64,000 nucleotides of DNA from Candidatus Babelota bacterium (lineage in GTDB: Bacteria > Babelota > Babeliae > Babelales > Vermiphilaceae), in NCBI GenBank assembly GCA_049325595.1, contig JBMOLF010000001.1, positions 102,857-166,856 of the forward strand, in the 5' to 3' direction. Numbering within the stretch: position 1 is the stretch's first letter; each line of letters starts with the position of its first letter. Made by a program: the position numbers and the translations under genes. A model generated the notes under the pieces. It saw nothing but the letters and a program-made list of their open reading frames with translations. It had not been told where the DNA came from and searched no databases. Below are positions 1 through 9,408 of the stretch, in pieces.

Positions 1-1067
1 CAAAAGAAATTGATTTAGGACAATGGCCATTTAAAGTTGAAACCACAGATGGTCGTATTTTGCATGCTCTAACGGTTATTGCAGCAACTGGTGGTGAACC
101 AAAGCGCCTAGATATTCCTGGTCTAGATACGTATTGGGGTAAGGGAGTTGGCGTATGTACTATTTGTGATGCACCGCTTAATAAAGGACAAACAGTAATA
201 GTGGTCGGTGGATCAGATACTGCAGCAGAGCGCGCTATGCAGCTTGCTCCTTTTGCAAAAAAAGTGATTATGGTAGTTCGTGAACCCCAATTGCAAGCAA
301 CGGCACAAGTTCAAAAATACCTCAAAGAATATGATACTATTTCTACCATGCTTAACAGCCAAATTATGCGCATAGACGGCGATGGCAATAGAATAAATAC
401 GGTTACCGCAAAACATAACACAACTAATCAAACAGAAGCTATCCCTGCTCATGCAGTATACCTTTCTGTTGGTTTTACACCACGTACCGATTTATTTAAA
501 AAACAAGTAAAATTAGATGCAAATGGCTACATCGCAATTAATCGTCCAACTCATCAAACTTCGGTTCCCGGTGTTTTTGCTGCTGGTATTGTAACTGATG
601 GCATTTACAACAAGGCAAGTATTTCATCGGGCATGGGAGTACAAGCTGCTATCGATGCTATTAATTTCTTGCAAGAGATTGGCTATACGCCCGCATTTGA
701 AGAACAAATTGAACAACAACTTTTTAAAGAAAACAATACTAATTCAGCGAATAACTTGCAAATCATACGCACTCAACAAGAACTTGATACCTTATTAAAT
801 AAACCACTGGTAGTTATTCAAACAATGCATCCATTATGTTCATTATGCCAAGCAACCCACAAAACATTCAAAAAGCTTGCGCAGCAATATAAAGATAAAA
901 TAGCTTTTGCACAGCTTGATATTAGCAAAACAGCACATCTTGCAAAACAATTAGGAGCAACGCAGGCATCAACACTAATTGCACTAAAAAATGGTAAGGT
1001 CATTACTACTAAACAGACTTTTGATGGCAAGCAAATCGAAGAATTTGTAAACAACCTAATACGTTAA
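1..1067 (+). CDS. trxB: Thioredoxin reductase fused to a C-terminal thioredoxin-like domain (5' end outside the window)
   Basis: Frame is open from the window edge (KEIDLGQWPFKVET...). ATGG, GVGVCTICD redox motif, VVGGSDTA, TSVPGVFAAG. C-terminal ~100 aa thioredoxin-like with CSLC. Confidence 0.85.
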   Translation, partial: KEIDLGQWPFKVETTDGRILHALTVIAATGGEPKRLDIPGLDTYWGKGVGVCTICDAPLNKGQTVIVVGGSDTAAERAMQLAPFAKKVIMVVREPQLQATAQVQKYLKEYDTISTMLNSQIMRIDGDGNRINTVTAKHNTTNQTEAIPAHAVYLSVGFTPRTDLFKKQVKLDANGYIAINRPTHQTSVPGVFAAGIVTDGIYNKASISSGMGVQAAIDAINFLQEIGYTPAFEEQIEQQLFKENNTNSANNLQIIRTQQELDTLLNKPLVVIQTMHPLCSLCQATHKTFKKLAQQYKDKIAFAQLDISKTAHLAKQLGATQASTLIALKNGKVITTKQTFDGKQIEEFVNNLIR

Positions 1068-1681
1068 TTTTTATTTTTCTTGAAAATTTTATCAAAGCCT
1101 TTTTTGAGTTCATGAGGTAAAGACTCGAAAAAGGCTTTGATTTTTTCTTGTTGCTTTTTTTCTTTTTCTTTTCTTTTTAACTTTTTTTCTAATTTATTGC
1201 GATGCTGAGCGCCACGTTCTTTACCTTCTTCACGAATAGCAATAGCAAGTTCATTTTCGATTTGTTTTAACTCTTTTTCTTCTTGGATTATCATATTTTC
1301 TAATTCTTTTAACTTTTTTTCAGATATAGGTTTTTCTCTATCTTCCTTTGAAATAGAATCTTTTAATCCTTCTTTTACTTTCACCACATTTTTGGCTATT
1401 ACTGCTACCGATTCAGGTGTATGTTTTTTATTGTCTATACTCGCAATACTTTCCTCTAAATTGTCGGGTTGACTCACCAATTCTTTTACTATTTTTTTTG
1501 CAAGAACACCTCGTACTAAAGTCTTGTATTCTTGCGCTATTCCTTTTCTTTGTCCTTCTAATTCCTCAATATGTAATTTAGGACTGCTTTTAGGACTTTG
1601 ACTTCTACTTCGGGATTTTTCCATAGAAATGGATGAAAAGGTGACTTTTAAACAAAGCATTAATAAACATTTTTTATTCAT
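1064..1681 (-). CDS. Lys/Glu-rich putative secreted protein, paralog of 1772-2503
   Basis: ORF; MNKKCLL signal-like start at 1681 with AGGA upstream; SPKSSPK and HTPES motifs, coiled-coil character. Confidence 0.6.
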   Translation of the reverse strand: MNKKCLLMLCLKVTFSSISMEKSRSRSQSPKSSPKLHIEELEGQRKGIAQEYKTLVRGVLAKKIVKELVSQPDNLEESIASIDNKKHTPESVAVIAKNVVKVKEGLKDSISKEDREKPISEKKLKELENMIIQEEKELKQIENELAIAIREEGKERGAQHRNKLEKKLKRKEKEKKQQEKIKAFFESLPHELKKGFDKIFKKNKN

Positions 1682-1771
1682 TTCCATCCTTGAAAATAAC
1701 CGTAGGCATAAGATCAAGGGCAGTGTACTGATAAAAAAACAAAGAAGTTAACAATGTAATACAAATAATTA

Positions 1772-2503
1772 TTATTCTTCATTGGTATACTTCTTTTTTG
1801 GTGATCTTTTGAAGAATTTTTTAATTTTCTTATTTAATGCCTTCTGACTCATTTTCCATTTTTCCAATCGCTCTTTGCGTTTTTGTTTTTTTAGCGCTTC
1901 TTTTTGTTGTAATTCAATTTTTTTTAGCTGTTTTTTAGTCTGTCTTTCAGCACGTATCTTTGCTGCTTCTCGAACAATTGGAATTATTTTTTGTTGCAAT
2001 GTAGTATCAATTTCTTTTTCTTTTTGCTTTATATCCTCTTCTATTTTATTTATTTCTTCAACATCCTTTTCCTTTAATTTTTCTACGGTAGCTTTTGTTC
2101 TTTGTGTTATACGAGTTATTGAAGCAGGACTATGTTGAGAATATCCCTCAGATTCTTCTAATTCATCTTTTATTTTCTGCTCTAAATCATCAGATGGAAA
2201 GTTGGTATTAGATTTAATAGTTTCTAGCGCAACTTTTTTTATAACATAATCACTATTGCTCTTACGATGTTCATTTAAAATTTTTTCTTTTTCTCTTTCA
2301 AGTCTCCTTAAAGTTGTAGCACTAACTTTTCGAATCAATTTATTAGGACTTCCTTTAGGACTCAGTGAAGGGCTATTTTTTTTAGAACTTTTAGGAGTTA
2401 TTGCAATCTCAGAAAGAGAAGATGTAGATGTTATTGCTGAATCACGCTCTGAAGCTTGGGTTATTCCAGTACATACAATAATAAAAAAAACATAGCTCAA
2501 CAT
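1772..2503 (-). CDS. Lys/Glu-rich putative secreted protein, paralog of 1064-1681
   Basis: 243-aa ORF, hydrophobic N-terminus, SPKGSP and HSPAS motifs, basic C-terminus. Confidence 0.6.
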   Translation of the reverse strand: MLSYVFFIIVCTGITQASERDSAITSTSSLSEIAITPKSSKKNSPSLSPKGSPNKLIRKVSATTLRRLEREKEKILNEHRKSNSDYVIKKVALETIKSNTNFPSDDLEQKIKDELEESEGYSQHSPASITRITQRTKATVEKLKEKDVEEINKIEEDIKQKEKEIDTTLQQKIIPIVREAAKIRAERQTKKQLKKIELQQKEALKKQKRKERLEKWKMSQKALNKKIKKFFKRSPKKKYTNEE

Positions 2504-2549
2504 AACTATCCTTCCTTGTTTTTACCCGATGTTTTTTTATTACCATAAA

Positions 2550-2578
2550 AAAAAGGTCCCTAGAGAAGGAACCTTTTT
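2550..2578 (-). terminator. Probable intrinsic terminator
   Basis: AAAAAGGTCCC...GGAACCTTTTT imperfect inverted repeat with A/T tracts, just downstream of 2610-3059. Confidence 0.5.
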
Positions 2579-2609
2579 ATAACATAAGAAAAAAAACAAA
2601 TTAACATTA

Positions 2610-3059
2610 CTAGCTTATTGATAGCGCATAAAGTTCAGCAAGCAGAGCTTCATCTAATGCTATACGTTCTTTAGTAAGACCTTGTTCATCCAATGTATTT
2701 TGACAAATATACACACCCAATAAGGTTTTAATCGCAGCAAATAATGATAGCCCCAAAGAGTTATAGCGTGAATGTAAAACAAAATAAATATGTTTTAATC
2801 CAGCAACAGTTAGATAGCCACCAACTACGAGCTTGGCCACATAAGCTAATTTTTTATTTAAGCTTTTTTGTGAAAACCGCAAATCATTTTTTACTAGCTT
2901 GGTATAGAGAGAAAGATGATTTTTTATGTTTGGGATTTTTTTAATTGATTGATGCTCTTTATATTGTGCTACAAGCCAATTATAGGTAAATTCTTTTGGT
3001 TCTTGCGCTTGTAAGCTTATACCTATTAATATGGCACAAAAAAACGTAAATAATTTCAT
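2610..3059 (-). CDS. Hypothetical membrane/secreted protein
   Basis: 149-aa ORF, signal peptide (SLQA), two hydrophobic segments. Confidence 0.6.
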   Translation of the reverse strand: MKLFTFFCAILIGISLQAQEPKEFTYNWLVAQYKEHQSIKKIPNIKNHLSLYTKLVKNDLRFSQKSLNKKLAYVAKLVVGGYLTVAGLKHIYFVLHSRYNSLGLSLFAAIKTLLGVYICQNTLDEQGLTKERIALDEALLAELYALSIS

Positions 3060-3076
3060 AAGTTTTCTTTCATTAG

Positions 3077-3517
3077 CTATTTTGATGGATCAATAATATT
3101 TGTTTCATACACTAATGCTTTGTGAATTAAATACCCGCCAAAAGTCACAAAGATCATTGATGCAAACTTATGAAGCCCTCTAAGCGGACTAACAAGATCT
3201 TGCAATACCGCTCTTACATTATCGGTATGGGCATAAGTATCCCATTTGGTAATGCCACTTTTATCTTTTGCAAACAAACTTGAACAATGCAAATTAACTA
3301 ATTTTTTCAGACCTGCTTCAGTTTTATCGCTCTGATAAGCAAGATGATAAGATTTGCAACCCAAAGCCACAAGCACCGCGCCCGTTACTATAAGCAATAC
3401 TCGATCAGCTGGCTTTATCTGACGACTTTTTTGCTCACGTTGATCTTTTTTACAAGATTCTGCTTGAATGGTAACAAATGGTTGGAGAATAAGTAGAGTA
3501 AGTAATATTTTTTTCAT
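3077..3517 (-). CDS. Hypothetical membrane/secreted protein
   Basis: 146-aa ORF, MKKILL signal peptide, two hydrophobic segments. Confidence 0.6.
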   Translation of the reverse strand: MKKILLTLLILQPFVTIQAESCKKDQREQKSRQIKPADRVLLIVTGAVLVALGCKSYHLAYQSDKTEAGLKKLVNLHCSSLFAKDKSGITKWDTYAHTDNVRAVLQDLVSPLRGLHKFASMIFVTFGGYLIHKALVYETNIIDPSK

Positions 3518-3537
3518 GGTGGGTTTCTTTAAAAAAG

Positions 3538-3954
3538 TTATTGATTTTCAGATAATTTAACACGTGCTTTACACATACCTTTATAAATGCTGATCTGTTT
3601 AGAAAACTCATCCATCCCATAGAGACGTATAAACTTTATAGTAAATTCAGCGCATGCAACAGGCACCTTCAGCTGGCTAAGTTCTTGCCCAATATTTGTC
3701 TCAAAACAGTCTTGTAAAACTTTTTCTATTTTAATTTTTTCTCTTCTGACATGGGCTTGCTCATTTTTTTCTGCTTCTGCTTCACTTGTCATCTCTTTTA
3801 TATTTTTTATGGTACTTGTTGTATACGAAGCTGCTTCAGCAATTTTTAAGGTTACTTCTAACACAAAGAGTAAATCCATAGAGAGAGCAGCATTTGTAAA
3901 AAAAATAGAAAATAGTAAAGTTGTTTTTTTTATTTTTATAATGTTTATAAGCAT
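3538..3954 (-). CDS. Small secreted two-Cys-motif protein (copy 4)
   Basis: KIEKVLQDC-x17-CAEFTIKFIRLYG, shared with 5445, 5825 and 6577 ORFs. Confidence 0.65.
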   Translation of the reverse strand: MLINIIKIKKTTLLFSIFFTNAALSMDLLFVLEVTLKIAEAASYTTSTIKNIKEMTSEAEAEKNEQAHVRREKIKIEKVLQDCFETNIGQELSQLKVPVACAEFTIKFIRLYGMDEFSKQISIYKGMCKARVKLSENQ

Positions 3955-4037
3955 AAGAAATTATATCGGCATTTATATATAACAAAATAAGATTGAACAA
4001 TTCTCAATTTATGAATGTCAGCTTAAATTAAAAATAT

Positions 4038-4376
4038 CTATGTAAAATTCTCATATTCTTTCCATTTTTCTTCTGGAATTAGCTTATTGTAAGATTGAAC
4101 AACATTTAAAATTAATTCATCGACATCCTCAAGAATTTCAGCAAGTGTCATTAACAGGAATCTCATATAGATTAAAATTAAAATCGCTTCAAAGCCATGT
4201 GTGCCTGGCAATGAATTTAACCTTTTACTAAGCAAATCCAGATAATCTTTTATAACTTCAAATTCTTGGAGACTTTTTTTTGTATTTTCTATCATCTCTA
4301 TTTGAATTGATTTTATTGGATTTAATTTATAAAGGTGCTCAATTTTTTGTAAAATTATTTTAGTTTCTTCAATCAT
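4038..4376 (-). CDS. Hypothetical protein, possible immunity/accessory gene
   Basis: 112-aa ORF overlapping the upstream ORF by 4 nt; no signal peptide. Confidence 0.5.
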   Translation of the reverse strand: MIEETKIILQKIEHLYKLNPIKSIQIEMIENTKKSLQEFEVIKDYLDLLSKRLNSLPGTHGFEAILILIYMRFLLMTLAEILEDVDELILNVVQSYNKLIPEEKWKEYENFT

Positions 4377-4951
4377 GACAATTTGCTCAAAGCTGCTTTA
4401 GTGTTTTTTATATCACATCCGCCGTCTACTTTTAGAATGATTTTTATTTCATTGTGTTTATTAAATACTTCAATTTTTCTTTCATCAATTTTTACATAAT
4501 CATTTTTTCTCAAGTAAATGTTTACTGATTGTTTTAATTGTAACTTTTTAGGATATTTACTTTTTATTAACAAATTATTTGATACAAGCTGATTAATAAA
4601 TTGAGATGAAATAACATCACAAAATAGTAATTCTTTTATATCATCTTTATGTTCAAAATTAACTTTTGGGAACTTAAGAACTATAGTATCAATGTAATTT
4701 GCGATATTACTTAATGTTGCTGCCATTGAACCATTAAGCGAATAAAATCTTACAAGTTCTAATATAATTGCCGGTAAATCATTTTTTATTAAGAATCGAT
4801 CAATTTTTTCATGACTTTCTTTAATCGCATCTTCTAAAATGGAAATTTCATTAGAATCAATTTCTTCAGTTATAGTTTTAGGAGAAATATTTAACTTAAA
4901 TGTCTTGTTAAGTTGCTCGACTGCTCGAGATAAATTATTAATGACGCACAT
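4373..4951 (-). CDS. Hypothetical protein, candidate immunity protein for the orphan toxin tip
   Basis: 192-aa ORF starting 4 nt after the stop of 4956-5231; no signal peptide. Confidence 0.5.
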   Translation of the reverse strand: MCVINNLSRAVEQLNKTFKLNISPKTITEEIDSNEISILEDAIKESHEKIDRFLIKNDLPAIILELVRFYSLNGSMAATLSNIANYIDTIVLKFPKVNFEHKDDIKELLFCDVISSQFINQLVSNNLLIKSKYPKKLQLKQSVNIYLRKNDYVKIDERKIEVFNKHNEIKIILKVDGGCDIKNTKAALSKLS

Positions 4952-4955
4952 TAAA

Positions 4956-5231
4956 TCATACCTTTATTGTTCGGCCCATCGCATTTTTTGCTTTTATGTA
5001 ATTAACTGTCCCATCCAGGTTTAAAACTGTTCTTGCAAAACCTCGCTTATCATAAACCTCAATGTGATCAAAATGAGTTTTATCGATATAATAATGAAAA
5101 CCTTTTTTTAGATCAGGATGTCCGAAATCTTTTTTTATTTTATATACGATTGATTCCTTAACAATAAGATGAGTTTTTTGGGAAAAGTCTTTTAACTTAT
5201 TGCCGAAATCAGTTTTAAAAAGTTCCTTCAT
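4956..5231 (-). CDS. Orphan polymorphic-toxin C-terminal tip, putative colicin E3-like/BECR RNase
   Basis: YYIDKTHFDHIEVYDKRG..VLNLDG motif (D-x2-H-x2-H-x-E-V-Y-D) typical of RNase toxin tips; no N-terminal stalk. Confidence 0.6.
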   Translation of the reverse strand: MKELFKTDFGNKLKDFSQKTHLIVKESIVYKIKKDFGHPDLKKGFHYYIDKTHFDHIEVYDKRGFARTVLNLDGTVNYIKAKNAMGRTIKV

Positions 5232-5379
5232 ATTTAGAACTTTGCTGTAACAAGTATTGCGTTATTTCCAGCATTCACTTATATAGTGCTTCCTGAATAA
5301 TTATCGAATGGGATAACCAAATACTTTGATTTATGACTTTTTTAATTTCGAATTTAATTTTAATTTAAAATAGACTCTT

Positions 5380-5417
5380 TATAACACATACCCTTATCTT
5401 AAGGCGTATGTGTTATA
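5380..5417. terminator. Long inverted repeat, probable terminator
   Basis: TATAACACATACCCTTA-TCT-TAAGGCGTATGTGTTATA, downstream of 5445-5777. Confidence 0.5.
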
Positions 5418-5444
5418 TGGGTATACTTTGTTGTTCTTTTAGTT

Positions 5445-5777
5445 TTATTCTTGGTTTGATAGATCAGCTTTCTGCATTTCTTGATATGAGCGCATTTTTT
5501 TTAAAAGCTCAGTAGTTCCGTGTAATAAAATAAAATCTTTAACAAATTCTGCACATTTTATAGGCAAATCTAACTGACTTAGCTCACTGCCCAAATTAAT
5601 CTTTAAACATTCATTAAGACTTTTTTCGATTTTTCTTTTTTCAATGTTTAGTTGTGCTTGTTGGTATGCATCTTCTTGAATAACACTATTTGTAGCATAA
5701 GATATTTTTGAATAGAACAATGCGTTGGTTGAATTTAGTAAAATAAATAAGAAATCGATAATGTTAATTTTTTTCAT
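5445..5777 (-). CDS. Small secreted two-Cys-motif protein (copy 3)
   Basis: KIEKSLNEC-x17-CAEFVKDFILLHG; MKK signal-like start. Confidence 0.65.
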   Translation of the reverse strand: MKKINIIDFLFILLNSTNALFYSKISYATNSVIQEDAYQQAQLNIEKRKIEKSLNECLKINLGSELSQLDLPIKCAEFVKDFILLHGTTELLKKMRSYQEMQKADLSNQE

Positions 5778-5824
5778 AATGAAATCCCTTTATATGGAGT
5801 TAAAATCTTTTTTGATCTACAAGA

Positions 5825-6580
5825 TTAGCTATATTTTTTCTGAACACGTTCAGTTAAAGAACCTTTTTCACGAGCTTCTCGTTTTAGTTCAATTAATTCA
5901 CATTCGTAATCTGAAAGGAATTCAGATTCTTTTAAAGGTTCAATTGAAGAAGTATTAACTTTATCTGCAATCTTCGCTACATGAATTATCTTATCCGTTG
6001 TAGGAAGATTTTTAAAATCATTGATATATTGTGTAGTAGCATCACGTGCAATATCAGCTGCTGACTTAGCGACTGTTATAATTGCAGGGGCTGCACCAGG
6101 AATCATTACTATGGCAACTCCTGTAGCGGCAACAGCGAACACACAACCTGATATTATTAGTGCCTTTTGAGATGATGACAGTTCACCACTAGCTGTCTCT
6201 TTTTCTTTTATTGTTTTAATTACATCTTTATATTCTTGAATAAGTTCATTTGCTTTTTGCGCACCTCCAGCAAGTTTAAATGCATTCAAACATTCTGAAC
6301 ATTTACCTGGAATATCGTCAATTGAGTCCCTTTTAGCATGAGTTACTAAACAATCAATAAAATTTTTTTCTAATTTGAGTAAGCGCGCTTGTTTTTTTAA
6401 TTCTGCAATGTCATCTTTATTATTAACCTGGATGACTTTGCCTCCAATTGCAAAAACATTACAAGTTGTGGCAGCTAATTTTCCTATTGCCTCTACTAAT
6501 TTGAGTTTGTCCCAAAGTGAATCATTGGGACTTGTAGTTTGATGAATAATTATAAAAATAGCTAAGAACGTCTTTTTCAT
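5825..6580 (-). CDS. Secreted two-Cys-motif protein with an extra Ala/Gly-rich hydrophobic segment (copy 2)
   Basis: KLEKNFIDC-x16-CSECLNAFKLAGG; hydrophobic ALIISGCVFAVAATGVAIVMIPGAAPAII. Confidence 0.65.
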   Translation of the reverse strand: MKKTFLAIFIIIHQTTSPNDSLWDKLKLVEAIGKLAATTCNVFAIGGKVIQVNNKDDIAELKKQARLLKLEKNFIDCLVTHAKRDSIDDIPGKCSECLNAFKLAGGAQKANELIQEYKDVIKTIKEKETASGELSSSQKALIISGCVFAVAATGVAIVMIPGAAPAIITVAKSAADIARDATTQYINDFKNLPTTDKIIHVAKIADKVNTSSIEPLKESEFLSDYECELIELKREAREKGSLTERVQKKYS

Positions 6581-7116
6581 TTTGGTCTAACTAGATAAAA
6601 ATCTGCACTTTTTTTCATACATTCTTTATTGCCAAGATAAAATGTAAATTGATCAATTAAATCTTTACAGGCTATGGGCATTTGAGTTGTTTCATCAAGC
6701 TCATCTGACTTATGCTGCAATAAACATTTATCCAGTAATACCTCAATTTCATATCCTCTAAGTCGTTTTTTTGCAAGCTCATTTCTTTCTTTTTGTTCTG
6801 GAGAGGGTCTTAACCAATTAATAAAACTTCCAATTGTAGCTCCAACCACTGAAAAATTTCTACCAATATTTGAGATACTTTCAACTGTTCCTACAACACC
6901 TTTTTGAACTGCATTAGCTATTTTTTCATTGCTATCAGCCGTTCGTTCTTGTGGCGTTTTTTCTGAGTTAGTATCGTGTGCTTGATTTTTTTGATTTTCA
7001 ACAATGTTTACATCATTCAAGTTAACTGTCTCAGAGGCTATTGAAATTTCATATGAAAGGCCGCTCAAAATAGCTATTAAAACCAGAAAAGTAATATTAT
7101 TTTTCATCAAGAACAT
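6577..7116 (-). CDS. Secreted two-Cys-motif protein (copy 1)
   Basis: EIEVLLDKC-x18-CKDLIDQFTFYLG; signal peptide; start may be 7107. Confidence 0.65.
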   Translation of the reverse strand: MFLMKNNITFLVLIAILSGLSYEISIASETVNLNDVNIVENQKNQAHDTNSEKTPQERTADSNEKIANAVQKGVVGTVESISNIGRNFSVVGATIGSFINWLRPSPEQKERNELAKKRLRGYEIEVLLDKCLLQHKSDELDETTQMPIACKDLIDQFTFYLGNKECMKKSADFYLVRPK

Positions 7117-7124
7117 CCTTTATT

Positions 7125-7607
7125 TTATTGTTTATTAAATGATTTGATCTCATTAACACAACTATCCCACTTAGCTAAAAATATACTTAGCAAATTTAGT
7201 TCATATCCTGTTCTAATAAATTGATAAATTAATAACTGCTTATCAAAGTCATCTAAATATTTAACTTCAACAAATTCGGTTATTAGCCTACACGTAAAAA
7301 TGCTTTGTTTTTCATTCACAAAATTATTCCATACTTTTTGAAGACAATCTTCAAAATCTTCCGCATATTGATCTGCTAATTTACTATTTGTCTCTTTACC
7401 AATAGCTACTAAAATTCTTTTTATTAATTTATCCCGTAGAAATTCATATTCTTTTCTAGCATCAGAAACAACTTTCTTTTGCTCAGTTATTTTTTTTCCT
7501 AAAGCTGATAATTCTTGGTATTTCTGTATTAACTGATCTGATGCGTTATCATTGCCGGAAAGAATAGAAGAAAAAATTAAAGAATAGACGATAAACCATT
7601 TCTTCAT
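7125..7607 (-). CDS. Hypothetical secreted helical protein
   Basis: MKKWFIVYSLIFSSILSG signal peptide, coiled-coil character. Confidence 0.6.
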   Translation of the reverse strand: MKKWFIVYSLIFSSILSGNDNASDQLIQKYQELSALGKKITEQKKVVSDARKEYEFLRDKLIKRILVAIGKETNSKLADQYAEDFEDCLQKVWNNFVNEKQSIFTCRLITEFVEVKYLDDFDKQLLIYQFIRTGYELNLLSIFLAKWDSCVNEIKSFNKQ

Positions 7608-7751
7608 AAGAAGTGATTCCCCCAAGGTGTATGGCTAAATAAATTACTGCTGATGCGGAATTATAAAAAAAATTTAATTAAATGTCTAACAAATAGATAA
7701 AATTTTCTCTTGTGAAATTTTTGAGCTAGGTAAGTGAATTTAATGTTTCAT

Positions 7752-8213
7752 TTATACAAAAACTGGCTTTAACCAGAGGGCTTGTAATTCGTTTTTTTCA
7801 ATTACCGCAACAACATTAGTGATAAATTCAACCGCTTGATTATTCTTAGTTGGATCGCCTACGCAAACCCAGCCTGACTGCTGATTATAATAAACTGGCC
7901 AATGAATGTTGTTTAATCTATAAGAAAACCCTGGTTCATAACTTTTTAAAACCTTTAATTGTCCCACCTCATAATTTGGCACAGGCAAATCTGTTAAAAT
8001 CCATTCGTGATTAGGGCAAAATCCATCAACTTGTACCACTAAATTATTTACCACCGTTAAATTTAAATAGTTTATAACTAAAACAAAATCAATTCTTGCA
8101 GTAAATGGTCTAATATTAAAAGAAAATTCATCAAATAAGTAAAATAATTTTCTTTGCTTTGCCTGTACAAATTCATCTTTAATTATGAATTCCATAAAAT
8201 CTTTATTGATCAC
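7752..8213 (-). CDS. Hypothetical protein, candidate orphan immunity protein
   Basis: 153-aa ORF coupled by a 4-nt overlap to the immunity-like array; GFCP..W, WPVYYN..SGWVCVGDP, ALWLKP; unrelated to its neighbours. Confidence 0.55.
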   Translation of the reverse strand: MINKDFMEFIIKDEFVQAKQRKLFYLFDEFSFNIRPFTARIDFVLVINYLNLTVVNNLVVQVDGFCPNHEWILTDLPVPNYEVGQLKVLKSYEPGFSYRLNNIHWPVYYNQQSGWVCVGDPTKNNQAVEFITNVVAVIEKNELQALWLKPVFV

Positions 8214-9013
8214 CTAGGATCCAGTGAAAGCTCAACAAAATCTAGTCCTTGGCATATTGAGGCTAATAAATCTAGATAGCGCCAATAATCAAAAACTACA
8301 TCAGGACCACTAAATATACGCTCTTGCTTCCAAGGAAAAAAAGCATTTGATATCTGCATGATTAATTCTTTATTCTCTGTATTAACGCAAATACCCATAA
8401 AAAAATAGGTGCCCTCACATTTGACATACAAATTATTACTCATCCGCTTTTCAATTTTTTCTATGATTTCTTGAACTGATAACAAGTAAGAATCACCGTA
8501 CCATTCGTCATTTTGATATTCAAAAAAATAACATTCTTGAACTTGAGCGTTAGAAACAATACTGTGTACAGTTTTTGTTAAATCTGCGTAATTAAACTTA
8601 AGAGAAATAGAATGAGTATTATCAGAATCAGAATTAAAAAAACTTTTAGAACTAATGCGTTTAACAGGCCCTATATAAAACTGCTCAATTTCAAAGTTAA
8701 TAGCTAATAGTAGCGCGTAAGAAAACATTAAATCTGTATTACAAATAAAATTACTTGGAATAAAACTCAATACAAGATGTTGCTTAATCAACTGCATTGA
8801 TAAATTAAAAAAAATATTGTTATGCGAAAGAATCAAAGTGGTACTTAAATCAGTTTTTATGATTTGTATAAGTTCATTTTTCCCCAAAAATATTATTTCT
8901 TTGTTTTCGTTATAAAATAAAAATTGATTCAGTAATAAATTTGCATGCAACCCATTTATAGATTCGCCAAAATCATCACGTACTTTTAATTTCATAAAAG
9001 CTGCATTAGTCAT
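8210..9013 (-). CDS. Two-domain immunity-like protein
   Basis: N-half resembles 9022-9408; C-half resembles 9405-9857 (FDYWRYLDLLASICQGL). Confidence 0.55.
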   Translation of the reverse strand: MTNAAFMKLKVRDDFGESINGLHANLLLNQFLFYNENKEIIFLGKNELIQIIKTDLSTTLILSHNNIFFNLSMQLIKQHLVLSFIPSNFICNTDLMFSYALLLAINFEIEQFYIGPVKRISSKSFFNSDSDNTHSISLKFNYADLTKTVHSIVSNAQVQECYFFEYQNDEWYGDSYLLSVQEIIEKIEKRMSNNLYVKCEGTYFFMGICVNTENKELIMQISNAFFPWKQERIFSGPDVVFDYWRYLDLLASICQGLDFVELSLDPR

Positions 9014-9021
9014 AACAATCC

Positions 9022-9408
9022 TTATTCATATGTTGGTAATGAATAATAGGGTTCTGTAAAAAATTCTTTTAAGAAAAAATTTTCGCATATAGCAAGTACA
9101 CATTTTATGTATAAAGATAAATCATTTTGCTGTTCTTTAAACTTTGGAATAGCACTAATAATTGTTTTAGATGTTTGATATTCAATACTAATGTCTAGAA
9201 AAACTGTTTTATATTTAATTGCTAATTTTATTAATCTGTTACTAAAAAAAAGATCGCAAAATTCAGTTGCTGAAATCTGAACAGCATGGTTAAAGCTAGG
9301 ATCATAAAAAGTTATTTTATTCATTAACATATTACCATACAAAGCTAGAGCAGCACTTTTTAAGTCATTAGCATCAACATAAGAATATATTTTATATTCG
9401 TTATTCAT
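9022..9408 (-). CDS. Immunity-like protein
   Basis: 4-nt overlap with 9405-9857; C-terminal NDLSLYIKCVLAICENF motif. Confidence 0.55.
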   Translation of the reverse strand: MNNEYKIYSYVDANDLKSAALALYGNMLMNKITFYDPSFNHAVQISATEFCDLFFSNRLIKLAIKYKTVFLDISIEYQTSKTIISAIPKFKEQQNDLSLYIKCVLAICENFFLKEFFTEPYYSLPTYE

